DNA of 64,000 nt. Origin: Eledone cirrhosa (Eukaryota). Below, piece by piece: positions 12,793 through 26,028 of the stretch. Every line of letters starts with the position of its first letter. Position 1 is the first letter of the stretch. The notes below the pieces were generated by a model. It was not told the origin of the DNA. It saw only the letters and a list, made by a program, of their open reading frames with translations, and did no database searches. A program made the position numbers and the translations under genes. The stretch spans positions 33,852,001 to 33,916,000 of the forward strand of contig OZ024759.1 in assembly GCA_964016885.1 (NCBI GenBank). The letters run 5' to 3'.

Positions 12793-13707
12793 ACATTTGT
12801 TTATTAGCCACAAGGTCACAAAAGAAGGGGACAAATACAAATGCGGAGTTTACATACAGGTATATGAAAATAAAACTATTAATAAAATAACAAATAACAA
12901 TTGAAATCCCCAATAGGGGGAGGCGTTACACAGGGGCCGTACACACCCGAAAAAATGTACATCCCTCATCTCCAGGAGCACCAAGAGTGAGTACACCCTT
13001 CCTATCTTCCTCTTTTTCCTCAACCTACAGGCTTATATAGAGAGAAGGCCCAACGACTCGGGCCATCTTTGCCACATTCACCCACCTTTTATAAAATTTG
13101 CTGGGGTACAGCACCTCTCTCTCCATCCTGATTCTTCTACCAAAATGATATTTGAAAAAACGAATCAGTTGTTCGCCGGAGAGAAAGGTGTCTGACCTCA
13201 GCCCTTTTAACCTCGTCCACAAAATAACTTCTTTCATCATAGCCATAACACATAGGAAAACCGCCTCTCCCTCCTTTTTGAAGGAGGGTGGCGGTTTGAT
13301 CATGACAATGGACTCGGTGGTCAACTGGATTGGTCCCACCCACGACAATAGTCATTCTACATAGCCCCATAGGTCGGTAACGCCAGGGAACTGTACAAAT
13401 GCGTGCGCGACTGTTTCCTCGTCGCGCACGCTTCTCGGACAGATCTTTTTCGAAGGGTCCCTGCACAGGCACCCGTGTCTGTAGAGCTTGTCTCGAACTG
13501 GTAGAGCTTATCGGTAGCACTGCCAGGCCAGGGACTTTTGGAAGTTGTCCATTGGTCCCGGGGGAAGGTCCTACCGAACAGACTGGCCAGTTTGTCCTCC
13601 TCTACGCCTAGAGTTTCTCCGAGCGCATCGTCGTACTTGCTGCGGAGCAACCCTCTATAGAATGTCGAAGTGGAGTCTCCACTGATCGCCGGGTCCGTTT
13701 GCCAGAG
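12793..13707 (-). mobile_element. Tx1/L1-clade non-LTR retrotransposon 3' fragment (zf-RVT region and C-terminus, disrupted)
   Basis: Minus-strand translation across frameshifts ALPVRDKLY...CPRSVRDEETVAHAFVQFPGVTDLW...KEVILWTRLKG...FYKRW, stop at 13025, 3' UTR with AATAAA; (GATA)n on both sides. Confidence 0.75.
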
Positions 13708-13716
13708 GATAGATAA

Positions 13717-13802
<86 letters not shown>

Positions 13803-13804
<2 letters not shown>

Positions 13805-13903
13805 CTTTCTTTTTATTTTCCACCAGGGCATCAAAAGTGGGACAAGTACAAAGGGGGGAGTTTACATGTAAATGCGTCCTCAATATGGAGGAGGTAATAA
13901 CAA
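13803..13903 (-). mobile_element. Second short 3' end of a related Tx1-type element within (GATA)n
   Basis: TTTATT..CCAC..GGGACAAGTACAAA..GGAGTTTACAT resembles 12800-12858; same orientation; flanked by GATA repeats. Confidence 0.6.
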
Positions 13904-14308
13904 GATAAATAGATAGATAGATATAGATAGATAGATAGTAGTGAAAATATCCGACTGCTTTTCATACAACCCTGTGTAAATTCATCTCCCGGTCACACAC
14001 AATTATCTCTATTACGAAATTTAATTTCAGACTTCAAACCTTAATAACACACAAGGACATTTAGTTAAATCTGTACACTGTTTAAAATTAAATGAATCCC
14101 TTCAAGTTTAATAAAATTATTGAAACAAATAAAGATCGTTACTCAATAACGAAATAAACGGTAATGTGAATGACAAAAGTGAAGAGTTTCTGAAATTATT
14201 CTAAGAAGAGAGCAGACACGTTGGATACCAGATTGCCTACAACCCATATACTATAAGCGCATGCAGATTACATTAAAAATCTGCATATACATATATATAT
14301 ATATTAAC

Positions 14309-14629
14309 ATGAATGTGTTGGGAGAGAAACTGTGTCTGAGGGGGATAGAATGTACTGTACGGGAGAGGAGACTGAGTTGGTATGGACATGTGATGCACAT
14401 GGAGGATGACCGATGGGTGAAATGCCAGGAAATGCCAGTTGAAGGAAGACGTGGTAGAGGTAGACCACGAAAAACATGGGCGGAGGTGGTGAGAACAGAC
14501 CTCAGATCGCTCAAGCTCACGGTGGAGATGACGAAGGACTGTGACAAGTGGAGAGATGCTGAATAAGACACGTCCCACCCTTGCAAGCAGGGAAGAGCGG
14601 AGGTAAAATGATGATGATGATGATGATGA
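14309..14629 (+). mobile_element. RTE-clade LINE 3' end with (ATG)n tail
   Basis: RERRLSWYGHVMHMEDDRWVK...EGRRGRGRPRKTWAEVVRTDL is a typical RTE ORF C-terminus. Confidence 0.85.
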
Positions 14630-14698
14630 TATATATATATGTATATATATATATGTGTTCAAATGACAAACTATGCATATATATATATATATATATAT

Positions 14699-14734
<36 letters not shown>

Positions 14735-14741
<7 letters not shown>

Positions 14742-14900
14742 GAAACATAAGTCAATTGCATGAACTCATAATCCTTTATTTACTGCTATATATATTTCGA
14801 TGATAACCATTGAATGGCTATGACCTCATCAGTCAGTTAGTCAGTTCTTAGATATGCCAGCTCTGTGTTTATAGTGTTGATGGTATCAGAGCCTTGGGAC
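14735..14900 (-). mobile_element. TA-embedded hammerhead element, family D copy 1
   Basis: Near-identical to 18797-18962; flanked by (TA)n. Confidence 0.8.
14782..14837 (-). ncRNA. Minimal type I hammerhead ribozyme
   Basis: ACTGA-CTGATGA-GGTCATAGCCAT tca ATGGTTATCATC-GAAA-TATATA-TA-GCAGT. Confidence 0.75.
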
Positions 14901-15160
14901 ATATCTATATATATATCATATATCATATATATATATATATATATGCACAGATATATATATGTATATAGATATAGACACACACACATATGTGTGTGAATAT
15001 AAAGGGATACCAGGAACATTTAAACGAAGATTACATTCTTCAATGAGCAACAAAGCCTTATCGACGAAATAGGTATTTATTTTGATCGGAGCTTATAGTA
15101 AATAACTCTTTTGCCGTTGGATTTATATACACATACTCATGCTAGCACACATACATATAT

Positions 15161-15226
<66 letters not shown>

Positions 15227-15346
15227 ATACATATTCGCATATATATACAAATGAATATGTAGATATATAAACGCACATATACACACACACATGCAGACCC
15301 CCCCACACACACATATATATATATGTACATAAACACCCACATATAA

Positions 15347-15379
<33 letters not shown>

Positions 15380-15454
15380 TATTTGCATACCTATACAAAT
15401 GAATATATATATATATATACATGTGTATGTATTCATATATACGCATGCATACAT

Positions 15455-15536
<82 letters not shown>

Positions 15537-17505
15537 GTCAACGTCTCTTTCTTTTCTTTGTAACGTTCGTACCATTTCGCCAAGTTTAAACATTTTGTAA
15601 GACATGGCTTCTGTAATTAAGATTTTCGTGTGGATAGCCTTTGATAAGGTGCCAGAAAATGTATTCTTTTGAAGCATGGCTATCTCCACGGTTGTTCTTT
15701 CTTCTTGTAATTTAATATTTCAAGCGACTTATTTAACCGGGTTATTTAATTAACATTTGAATCCCTAACAATTCTAGTTTGTTCCGTATTCTTAATTGAA
15801 TAAACTTGTTGCTGTTAGCTTCATGGAAAAACCGTTGAAAATATGTTTGGTTGGGTATTGAAGGAATTTTAGCTGGTTTTCTGCCAGAATACACCAACAC
15901 GAGCATTCTAACCGAGCGAGAACCACTGTTGAAACTTTAATCGGTGGAATGAAACTGTGCTTTTAGTAAATTCCATTGTTTGAAGCTGATTAAAATATCT
16001 CATCATCCATGAGATGCGAACAAACATGTGCTCGTGCGTAGCTCGACTGAACCAGCACAACACAGCACAACACTGCACGGTACACAATACACGCTGGCAA
16101 TATCCTCTTAATGATGAGTTATTAGATGAAAGAGAGGCAAAGAAAACAAAAGAAAAGTTTTGCTTCTTTGTTTATACATTTATTTATTTTATCCAATATA
16201 TGCTTCCTCTTTGTATATGATAAATTGTATTTTCGGAACAATTTAATACCTATTTCTAGCAGCCATGACGTAACACCTAACTCTTTTTTGTATTATACCT
16301 TCACCACAAGAAACAATTAAAGGAGACATACTACGGTAAATTATGTATTGTAGGGTATAAATATACTGGCTTATACATTATCTAGAAAGTAACATGTCTG
16401 TATCGATACCGAACGCTCACCAGGCCACTGCTTATCCCAGTTTTCATGGCGTCAACCACAAATCCCACCGAACCGAGTCTAACGTTGCCATTCGTCAATC
16501 TGAGGGCGATAAAATACAATAGCATTTAATTACTGATATTGATACAAATCTACATTACTATTCCTCTGCATTGCTGGTCTTGTGTCGTTTGTTTTGAAAG
16601 GAATATATCACATGTAGCATTGCTATTCTCAAAATGAAAGAGTTTGAGAAATATTTTTAAAATGAAAAAAAATAAAAACCGACACAGGAAGAAAAATACT
16701 CAAAAATCCACCGTACTTAATATTTAGTCTGTCATCTGCAACTGAAAAGATATCTCCATAACATGAGAGAATGTAGCGTAGTTTTTCCGTCATTTTGTTT
16801 TTATATGCAAACATAGTGAAATATATAACGAAGTATAATTTTTGGTAGACGCAAGCTGCATGATAATTAGAAAGTTAAAATGGGTGAAAGCAAATTTAAT
16901 GATTATTAAAACGCTAATAGCTTGAAATATATTCATAAATAACGTCAAAGTAACAAATAATGCATACAAATATCTATATATTTATATATATATACATATA
17001 TATATATATGTATGTGTTTATTTATATATACATATATAGATATATACATACATATATGCATATATATATATATACATATAAGAGCGCATATTTATACATA
17101 TACATATATACATACATATACATATATATATATATATACCAACAGATATATAAACATATATGTATATACATACATATATATATACATATATATATATATA
17201 GATACATACGCAATACATGCATATACATATAGAAACATACATATACATCTAGATATCCATAGATGAGTTTGTATGTGTGTGTGTACGTGTGTGTGTACGT
17301 ACCCTTTAGCGTTTAGAATATTGTCGAAGTTATTAAGTAAGTGTTTCCTTATTTAACTCTATAATTATCATGCAGATTGCATTTCAGAAAAGATTTTAGA
17401 TTTTTCTAAATGATCCGTTGTCTTATAATACTTCAACAAATATGTGGTTTATTATCGTAATATAGAGATGTTTTGATTGGCGTCTAGAACGATAGCAATA
17501 ATATA

Positions 17506-17699
17506 TAATTGCTTCTACTTTTTGGCACAAGGTCAGCAATTATATCAGTGTATTACTGGTACATTATTTTATCGACCCCGTAAGGATGAAAGGCAAAGTT
17601 AAACTCGGCGGGATTTGAACTGAGTCCGTAAAGGGACGTGACTGTGTTATAAAGCATGGCGTCCGACCCTCTACCGATACTGCCAATCCACCACCCTTA
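17506..17699 (-). mobile_element. SINE family A, full length
   Basis: Head, core and tail present. Confidence 0.9.
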
Positions 17700-17905
17700 T
17701 CAATATATATATAATATCAATATATAATATCAATAAAATATAATGATGATATAATGTTTCAGTCAGAGTAATGAATTTTCATGAAGATAATGCTAATAAA
17801 ACAACAAACAAATTAACAACCAGAGACACACTTGCTTTCACCATTACACGTATATTTACATAAATACATATATATATATATGTATGTATATATATATATA
17901 TATAC

Positions 17906-18240
17906 TAATAAAAGGAAGTCCAACTTTGTCTGATTTACTCGTTTTATTTACAATCCTTTAAAATTTATAATGTTATTAGAATGAAATAGTTTGATAGAAT
18001 AATAAATGTTAAGTGTTAATTGAACAAGTACGATCATGCTTTCGCAATATTCAGGTTCATATTCTGTGGTGACAGTTAAGTTTGCAATTTTCAACTAATT
18101 GCGAAAGCATGAAAGTACTTGTTCAATTAACACTTAGAATTTAATATTCTATCATACTATTTCATTATAATAACATTATACATTTTAAAGGATTGTAAAT
18201 AAAACGAGTAAATCAGACAAAGTTGGAATTCCTTTTATTA
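17906..18240. mobile_element. Long fold-back element (~140-bp arms) beside (TA)n
   Basis: TAATAAAAGGAAGTCCAACTTTGTCTGATTTACTCG... versus ...CGAGTAAATCAGACAAAGTTGGAATTCCTTTTATTA; arms meet at GCAAT..ATTGC-GAAA. Confidence 0.8.
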
Positions 18241-18303
18241 ATATAATCTTCTATACACAATCATACACACCCGTGTATATTTATCTATCTATCTATCTAT
18301 CTA

Positions 18304-18356
<53 letters not shown>

Positions 18357-18477
18357 ACATATATTTAGTGTCGGGATTTTCCGTACCTTTCCCGTTCTCT
18401 TTATATATATACGTGTGTGTGTGTTTGTGTGAATGTATACATGTATATATATATATATGTATATGTGTGTTTTTGTT

Positions 18478-18568
18478 TATATAGAGTGTCCTAAAAAATG
18501 TATATACATATTTATTGGAATATATGCGTGTACATTTTGGGGGACACCCTGTATATATATATATACTG

Positions 18569-18623
<55 letters not shown>

Positions 18624-18705
18624 TATATATATATATACAGGGTGTTCCCCAAAAAGTACACGCATATATTCTAATAAATATGTATATACATTTTCATACA
18701 CCTTT
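18478..18705. mobile_element. Two inverted Tc1/mariner-type MITE remnants (TIR CAGGGTGT) separated by (TA)n
   Basis: GGGGACACCCTGTA at ~18540-18553 and TACAGGGTGTTCCCC at ~18636-18650, internal sequences mutually reverse-complementary. Confidence 0.6.
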
Positions 18706-18706
18706 C

Positions 18707-18787
<81 letters not shown>

Positions 18788-18796
18788 TATAGATAT

Positions 18797-18962
18797 ATAG
18801 TGACGAAACATAAGTCAATTGCATGAACTCATAATCCTTTATTTACTGTTATATAGATTTCGATGATAGCCATTGAATGGCTATGACCTCATCAGGCAGT
18901 TAGTCAGTTCTTAGATATGCCAGCTCTGTGTTTATAGTGTTGACGGTATCAGAGTCTTGGGT
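18797..18962 (-). mobile_element. TA-embedded hammerhead element, family D copy 2
   Basis: Near-identical to 14735-14900 with the same boundaries. Confidence 0.8.
18845..18900 (-). ncRNA. Minimal type I hammerhead ribozyme
   Basis: ACTGC-CTGATGA-GGTCATAGCCAT tca ATGGCTATCATC-GAAA-TCTATA-TA-ACAGT. Confidence 0.72.
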
Positions 18963-19051
18963 ATATATATATATATATATATACACACACATACACACAC
19001 AGATATATACATAAATATACGTACCTACATATACCCTCTCTCTCTCTATCG

Positions 19052-19095
<44 letters not shown>

Positions 19096-19843
19096 CATAT
19101 TTCAACATATCATAAGCAGTTTTGTTTTATATGGACACTATGTTACAAAGTTACATTTTTGTAAGGAAGGGTTAGGCTCGAAATCTGTACGTCTCACTTC
19201 TATCAGCTGGTGTATTTGACAAGACAATACAAAGCTATCCATTTTATCCATTCATCAATCATTACAAAATGACTAGCAAAGTAAATATCACCTTAGGAAG
19301 ATTTGAACTAAAAATACATAAAATATAGAATAAAATACTATATTTTTTAAATAAAAATATGACAAACGAAATATTAACTCAAACACCACGAGGCATTTTA
19401 CTTTTGTTGCTCTACTGCTTCTGCCATTTTAACACCATTGTTTTATTTAACAATGTTAGCTAGTTTATCTGAAGATATCTTAAAATAGAATGCCTGAAGA
19501 TCATAACTAGAAATTATGAAATAGAGATAACAATCTTTCCCTCCAAAAATGTTATTTACTATTCAGTTCAACAGTTTGTTTTTCTATCAAACTATATAAA
19601 TAATACGAAGGAAATGTCAAAAGAAAAAAAAAAATATAAAAAAAAAACAAAACAAACGGAAAAAAACGAAACGAAAAAAATAATATTTTAGAAAAAAATT
19701 AGAACTCCATTATCATCAAATAGTGAATATTTCTCTTTTTCTTTCTATCGCTCCTAACTCTCTCTCTCTCTCTGTATATATATATATTACTTCCTCTCTC
19801 ACAATCTGTATGTACTTATCATATATTCATCTATCTATATATC

Positions 19844-19899
<56 letters not shown>

Positions 19900-19902
<3 letters not shown>

Positions 19903-20089
19903 GAGAAAGTATGTCCCTACGGCAGAGCTCAAGCCGTTTCGACGGCTATTTCTGTCCAGAAATAGCCATCGAAACGGCTTGAGCTCTGCCCTCGGGGTCA
20001 TACTTTCTCCTATTACCCACTCTACTACCCTAAGTATTCAGTACTCTGGTGTGTTATGGTCCATCTGGTTCCTTACCACAATTCCTCCG

Positions 20090-20092
<3 letters not shown>
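19900..20092 (+). mobile_element. Family B palindromic TA-targeted element
   Basis: Inverted arms plus tail CCCACTCTACTACCCTAAGTATT...CCTTACCAC, between (TA)n. Confidence 0.9.
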
Positions 20093-20123
<31 letters not shown>

Positions 20124-20237
20124 GTATGTACCTGTATGGTTGGAGGAGGTCCATTGAAAATTATTCAACTATTAAATACATTTTACTTTTCACCTCCCTT
20201 CTGCGAGGTTTCATGTAGTAGTAAAAGTACCACTACG

Positions 20238-20271
<34 letters not shown>

Positions 20272-20603
20272 ATTATTATTATTATTATTACTATTATTAT
20301 TATAACGACAATTACAATGAGAACAGCTTCGACAACTACGATAGTTATAACAGTTTCCAGAACAACGACAACAGAAAACAATACACAGCACAGAAATAAC
20401 TGACACAAGACAATTCACAAGGGAAATTAAAATAAAACAAGCTCTCCTATTGACAAGGTACATGAAAATGAAAATAAATATTAAAAAATAACTATGTACG
20501 GAAATATAAAAAAAAACAGAAACGAATATTGTAATGAAACGAAACATTTCGAAAATAGTCTCACTAGAAAGTCCTGATGCTCGCTATATTAATATGACCG
20601 AGT

Positions 20604-20636
<33 letters not shown>

Positions 20637-20648
20637 CATATATGTATA

Positions 20649-20699
<51 letters not shown>

Positions 20700-20717
20700 G
20701 TATATGTATCTGTATAT

Positions 20718-20772
<55 letters not shown>

Positions 20773-20817
20773 CATATATATATATGTATATATATATATG
20801 TATATGTATAAGTATAT

Positions 20818-20865
<48 letters not shown>

Positions 20866-20886
20866 GTATGTCAATTTTATTATTAC

Positions 20887-20937
<51 letters not shown>

Positions 20938-20985
20938 GTGTGGAAAAGCGAAGGAAAAAAGAGTGCTCTATGTGTAGAACAGAGC

Positions 20986-21214
20986 TATTTAATTAGAAAG
21001 TGAACAACACAAAATATAACTACTCCATTACCAAAGGTTTCTGGATCACAGACGATAATAATAAACGTCTGGATCGTTCGTCAGACAGAGATGTTATCAG
21101 ATAACAAGTTTGTCTGACGAACAATCCAGGCGCATATATTATTATCGTCTGTGATCAAGAAACCTTTGGTAATGGACTAGTTATATTTCGTGTTATTCAC
21201 CTTCTATTATAAAT
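20986..21214. mobile_element. Fold-back element, family E, with a hammerhead-like core on each arm
   Basis: Plus 21114-21171 CTGACGA..GAAA-CC ttt GG-TA and its mirror on minus 21024-21084; third single copy at 35685-35790. Confidence 0.7.
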
Positions 21215-21272
21215 ATATATATATATATCACAGCACCAATCCTAATTTGTGTATACACACACACACACACAC

Positions 21273-21331
<59 letters not shown>

Positions 21332-21384
21332 CATATATACACATTTGTGTGTGTGCATCGAATAATATAAAAAAACGTCAGGTG

Positions 21385-21722
21385 TAGAGAGAGTGAGGTA
21401 TGTAGTGGAATATAGAGAGCGGGAGACATGTTTGGTTTAGTGAGAGAGGGGGAATTGTTAGAGAGTGTGAGCTTTGTATTGGGTTATAGAGAGGGATGAG
21501 AGCTTATTGGCCTAGTGAGAGAGGGGAAGTTGAGATAGTGAAGCATGTAGTGGGATATATTGAGAGGGAGAGAGTTTGGTGGGCTAGTGCGAGAGTGGGA
21601 ATTACGAGAAGGATAGCGAGTGAGGTACGTCCTGGTTTCTAGAGAGGGGAGACAATTTGGTCATCTAGTGCGAGAGGGGGAATTGTGGATAAGAGAGTTA
21701 TGTAGTGGGATATAGAGGGTGG
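21385..21722. repeat. Degenerate ~65-70 bp purine-rich tandem repeat, about 5 units
   Basis: Recurring TAGTG(A/C)GAGAGGGGGAATTGT..AGAGAGTGAG..ATGTAGTGGGATATAGAG. Confidence 0.7.
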
Positions 21723-21917
21723 CTGAATCTTTGAAGTCACCTGTTATAATTTCATTCAAGAACACCGCCAGCTTTCTCACTCTCTCATTCTCTCTCACTC
21801 GTCCATTTCTCTCTCTATTTAGGAAGGTATCCGGAAAGCCCCCGTATTTCAGGATCCAGTCTTCCGATTTACGCGAAACTTGTTTCATTCCATTTGTATT
21901 CTCACCGAATATAAAAT

Positions 21918-22064
21918 CATAGCGTTCTGGCCTTTTACGCTCTGAGTTCAAATCCCGCCTGTCGTGGTTAGCTTTGCCTTTCATCCTTATAGAGTCCATA
22001 AAATAAAGTACCAGTAACGCACTGAGGTATTTGCTGGCCTTGTGCCAAAACTACAAACAATTAT
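21918..22064 (+). mobile_element. SINE family A, 5'-truncated
   Basis: B box, core and tail. Confidence 0.8.
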
Positions 22065-22872
22065 TGTTCGTATTGTTGTAGTTGTTGTTGAAATTATCAA
22101 TGTTGTTCTTGCTGTTGTTTTATGTTTTGTCATTTTTATTTTTTATTTTTATTTTATTTGTTGTTGTGTGTATTTTCTATATTTTATGTTTATTTTGTTA
22201 TTATTTATTGTTATCCCAGAAAACTGTAGATAAAGAGGAAATGTAAAAACGGTTAATTTAAAGTTTGGCTTTTCTTCATGAACAGTCTGGCTTCTGTGAG
22301 AAATGAAGCGGTATTAACGAGACAACTAATTTCACTTTACTATATTAACATAGTCCGCTGGTGGTCAATCTCCACATACACACATACATACACGTACATA
22401 TACACACACACCTTATATACACGCACACACACACACATAAACGTAGATATACGCAAACACAACTTATACACACGCACGCACACACACGTAGACATACGCA
22501 AACACAACTTGTATACACGCACTCACAGCTTACATATATAAACACACATTTTATACACACACACATACACGCATACATTTCATACATACACATATACACC
22601 TTACATACACACACTCACACCATACATACATCCACACACACACATACACATTACATACACCCACACAACTTTCCTGTCCACACACACGCACACAAACAAT
22701 TTATACACCTTACATACACACCTGCACGCGCGTACACCTTTCATATATTTCACCATTACAATGACAATTAATACGAGCGGCGAGTGTAGTTGGGATATTA
22801 TATATATAGTGTGTGTGTGTGTGTATGTGTGTGTGTGTGTGTGGGTGTGTGGGTGTGTGGGTGGGTGGGTGT

Positions 22873-22957
<85 letters not shown>

Positions 22958-23016
22958 TGTGTGTGTGTTATGAGTGGTGTGTGTGAGTATGTGTGTGCAT
23001 GGTGTGTGTGTGTTTA

Positions 23017-23114
23017 TACAGGGTGTCTGAAAACAATGTATACACCATTCTAACAAATAGTGGCTGTACAGGTAATCAAAGTGTGTATATATATTGTTAA
23101 GGAGACACCGTGTA
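23017..23114. mobile_element. Tc1/mariner-type MITE
   Basis: TA-CAGGGTGTCT ... AGACACCGTG-TA imperfect TIRs with TA flanks. Confidence 0.6.
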
Positions 23115-23139
23115 TATGAAGGAGCCGACCATGAGACGG

Positions 23140-23516
23140 GGAGTAGGGATCACTCACTCAATGGCTTTGACGCATAGAGTTACGGCCCTTTCCATTCTGA
23201 GTTCAAATCCCGCCGAGGTTAACTTTGCCTTTCACTCTTACGTGGTCGATAAAATAAAGTACCAGTAATAAACTGGTGTAATTGCTGGCCTTGTGCCAAA
23301 AGTAGAAACAATTATTAAGCGATAATCCCCCGGGGCAGTATGGCTGGAGACCTGCACGCCAAGCTTAACAGCATATAGTTACGTCCCTTTACATTCTGAG
23401 TCCAAATCCTGCCGAAGTTAACTTTGCCTTTCATCCTTACAGGTTCGATAAAATAAAGTACCAGTAATGTGCTGGATTAATTGCTGGCCTTGTGCCAACA
23501 CTAGAAACAATTATTA
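23140..23516 (+). mobile_element. Two tandem SINE family A copies
   Basis: Two cores and tails ending AGAAACAATTATTAAGC at ~23319 and ~23519. Confidence 0.85.
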
Positions 23517-23747
23517 AGCCACTAATAACTCTAAATTAGACATGGTAACATATACATACTGACAACGGGATAAATATTTAGATATATATATTTGAAGACC
23601 CGGTGTTGAGATGGTCTTCCCTGGGTTTAAAAATGACCTAGAAAAACCATATGTCAACACTTCTCCCATACGACTTACAGGACTAAGTAGGCATTCTAGT
23701 CGTCACCCCTCCTCTCTCTCTCTCTCCCATGCTCTATCTCTCTATCA

Positions 23748-24060
23748 GACAGCCGCAATCTGGTGCAGTGTATGCGACTAACCCAGATTCAGCTGCACGT
23801 CGGGCTGAGCAAGCCAGATTCCTGAAATAGCGGGCACTCTCCGATCCGACAGGTTTGCAGTTGTACCCTTGGCAGTGGAGACTTCTGGTGTCCTCGGGCC
23901 TAGGACTACCTCCCTACTCACCACCATAGGCGCTGAGCTGGCCAGCCGCAGGTGTCAGGCCCACGAGTTGGAGTGGCTTTTCCAGCGCGTCTCCCTTGCC
24001 GTCCTCCGGGTAAACGCCTTCCCTATTCTGTCCGCCGGGGCTGTGGGGAGACAGGCAGAT
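23748..24060 (+). mobile_element. CRE-clade (restriction-like endonuclease) non-LTR retrotransposon 3' fragment
   Basis: AARRAEQARFLK*...PLAVETSGVLGPRTTSLLTTIG...EWLFQRVSLAVLRVNA matches the recalled CRE-type C-terminal pattern P.avEt.G..g...fl.QRls.av.rgNa. Confidence 0.65.
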
Positions 24061-24640
24061 TACATTACGAATTCTGTTGAATAGTCTTAAATACTTTTGT
24101 CTGTTGGTTAAGACGACAAATGATAGAAAATGCGGAGAGCTTTCTCCTGAAATTAACCTCGAGCGGTGATTCTATGGTCATTTCAAGAGACACGTCAAGT
24201 GAAAGGAATAATTCTTGAACCGACCTCTTCAAGGAACAGATTCTCCAGAGGAAGAAATATCTCGTAGTATAGTGGTTGCAGAGTGAGGTAACGTACGGAC
24301 GCTTGGCGAGTAATATACTTGCTAGAAAAAGCAGCCAATACCCACCTATTTTACTATATCTGGAGGTTTGTTGGGTGTGACGAATTTGTTACATCTAGAG
24401 AGGTTCCACGAGAAAATAAACTCCCACTGATATAAGAAAAGGAGTAACTCTTTCAACTACTGGTGTAGGACATTTCCGAAAACTTACTAGACTTTTAGAA
24501 ATGAATTGTCTGGCATTAGGGCAAAACACTCCAACGGCCATGGAACTCACGACCTTCCGAATACTAACCAGTAGCGAAAGTATTACAACCAAACTCACAC
24601 TGTAGTACTTGACAGAGATACATGAGTTTCTCCATGTAAG

Positions 24641-24701
<61 letters not shown>

Positions 24702-24761
24702 TGCAAATTTATATGGGAACAAAACAGAGACTCAGACAAATAAATGTTTATTAGGTTCACG

Positions 24762-24804
<43 letters not shown>

Positions 24805-24806
24805 CA

Positions 24807-24890
<84 letters not shown>

Positions 24891-25186
24891 GATAGATAGC
24901 TTTGATATATCGATAAAAAGGATGAGCTAGCTGGTATGAGAGAGAACATAACATATGGCAGGTGGATGTGTTGAAGCCGTCGGCTTGTTGTACACAGATA
25001 CTGGACACTTCCGCTGATACATAAGATAATACGATGTTTATAAAGAAATAAAAGCACATACAGTTAGTATATGTGAGATATGAATATAATAGTATGAATT
25101 TTAGTCAGCTTAGACATGGAATATTTGTTAATGGACACATGAGTACCTTAGCAATATATATACATTATATATATATATATATATAT

Positions 25187-25401
25187 ATAGGAAAAGGTAT
25201 GGCCCCGACGGCAGAGCCTGGTAAATAAATAGCCATTTATTTACCAGGCTAAACATTCTAATTTAGTCCAGAAATAGCCGTCAAAACGGCTTGAGCTCTG
25301 CCGTTAGGGTCATACCTTTCCCTATTACCCACTCTGCTACCCAAAGTACTGAGTACTCAGGTGCGTTATGGACCATCTGGTTCCTTACCACAAATCCTTC
25401 G

Positions 25402-25405
<4 letters not shown>
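25187..25405 (+). mobile_element. Family B element with rearranged spacer hairpin
   Basis: Short left arm, extra hairpin GCCTGGTAAATAAAT/ATTTATTTACCAGGC, then the standard right arm and tail. Confidence 0.85.
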
Positions 25406-25447
<42 letters not shown>

Positions 25448-25583
25448 CAACAAACAGAATACAACATGTCTTATTAGTTTCACGGTTTATATTGAAAAGA
25501 GAAAGAGGGTTCGACGTACCGAGCTGTAGTCTTTTTCTGGAGTATCAAATTAATGACAAGCATACACACACAGACACACACAC

Positions 25584-25654
<71 letters not shown>

Positions 25655-25661
<7 letters not shown>

Positions 25662-26028
25662 AAATGCTCTGAAATAGCGATATATATGTGAAGATAGACA
25701 TAGAATATTCGAAAATATTCTGTATGTTTATAATAAACATTTTGAAGACCTAATAAACATTTTGAAGACCTAATCGCTATAGAATAGAATACGTCACGTA
25801 TTACAATTAGATTCTCGATAAAAGCACTGGATATGTAATCCTGAATATTTCTAATAAGAATGAAACGCGTAGATTACTTCCCTTGCTTTTATCGAGAATC
25901 TAATTGTAATACGTGACGTATTCTATTCTATAGCGATTAGGTCTTCAAAATGTTTATTATAAACATACAGAATATTTTCGAATATTCTATGTCTATCTTC
26001 ACATATATATCGCTATTTCAGAGCATTT

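Noticed and set aside
15537-16110. Non-repetitive island possibly derived from a transposase
   Set aside because: No long ORF, and no motif or terminal repeat I could recognise
19979-20218. Recurrent peptide [33 protein letters not shown]
   Set aside because: Translation of family B; starts at TTG, runs into TA repeats, and deleted or truncated copies exist (32208, 36042)
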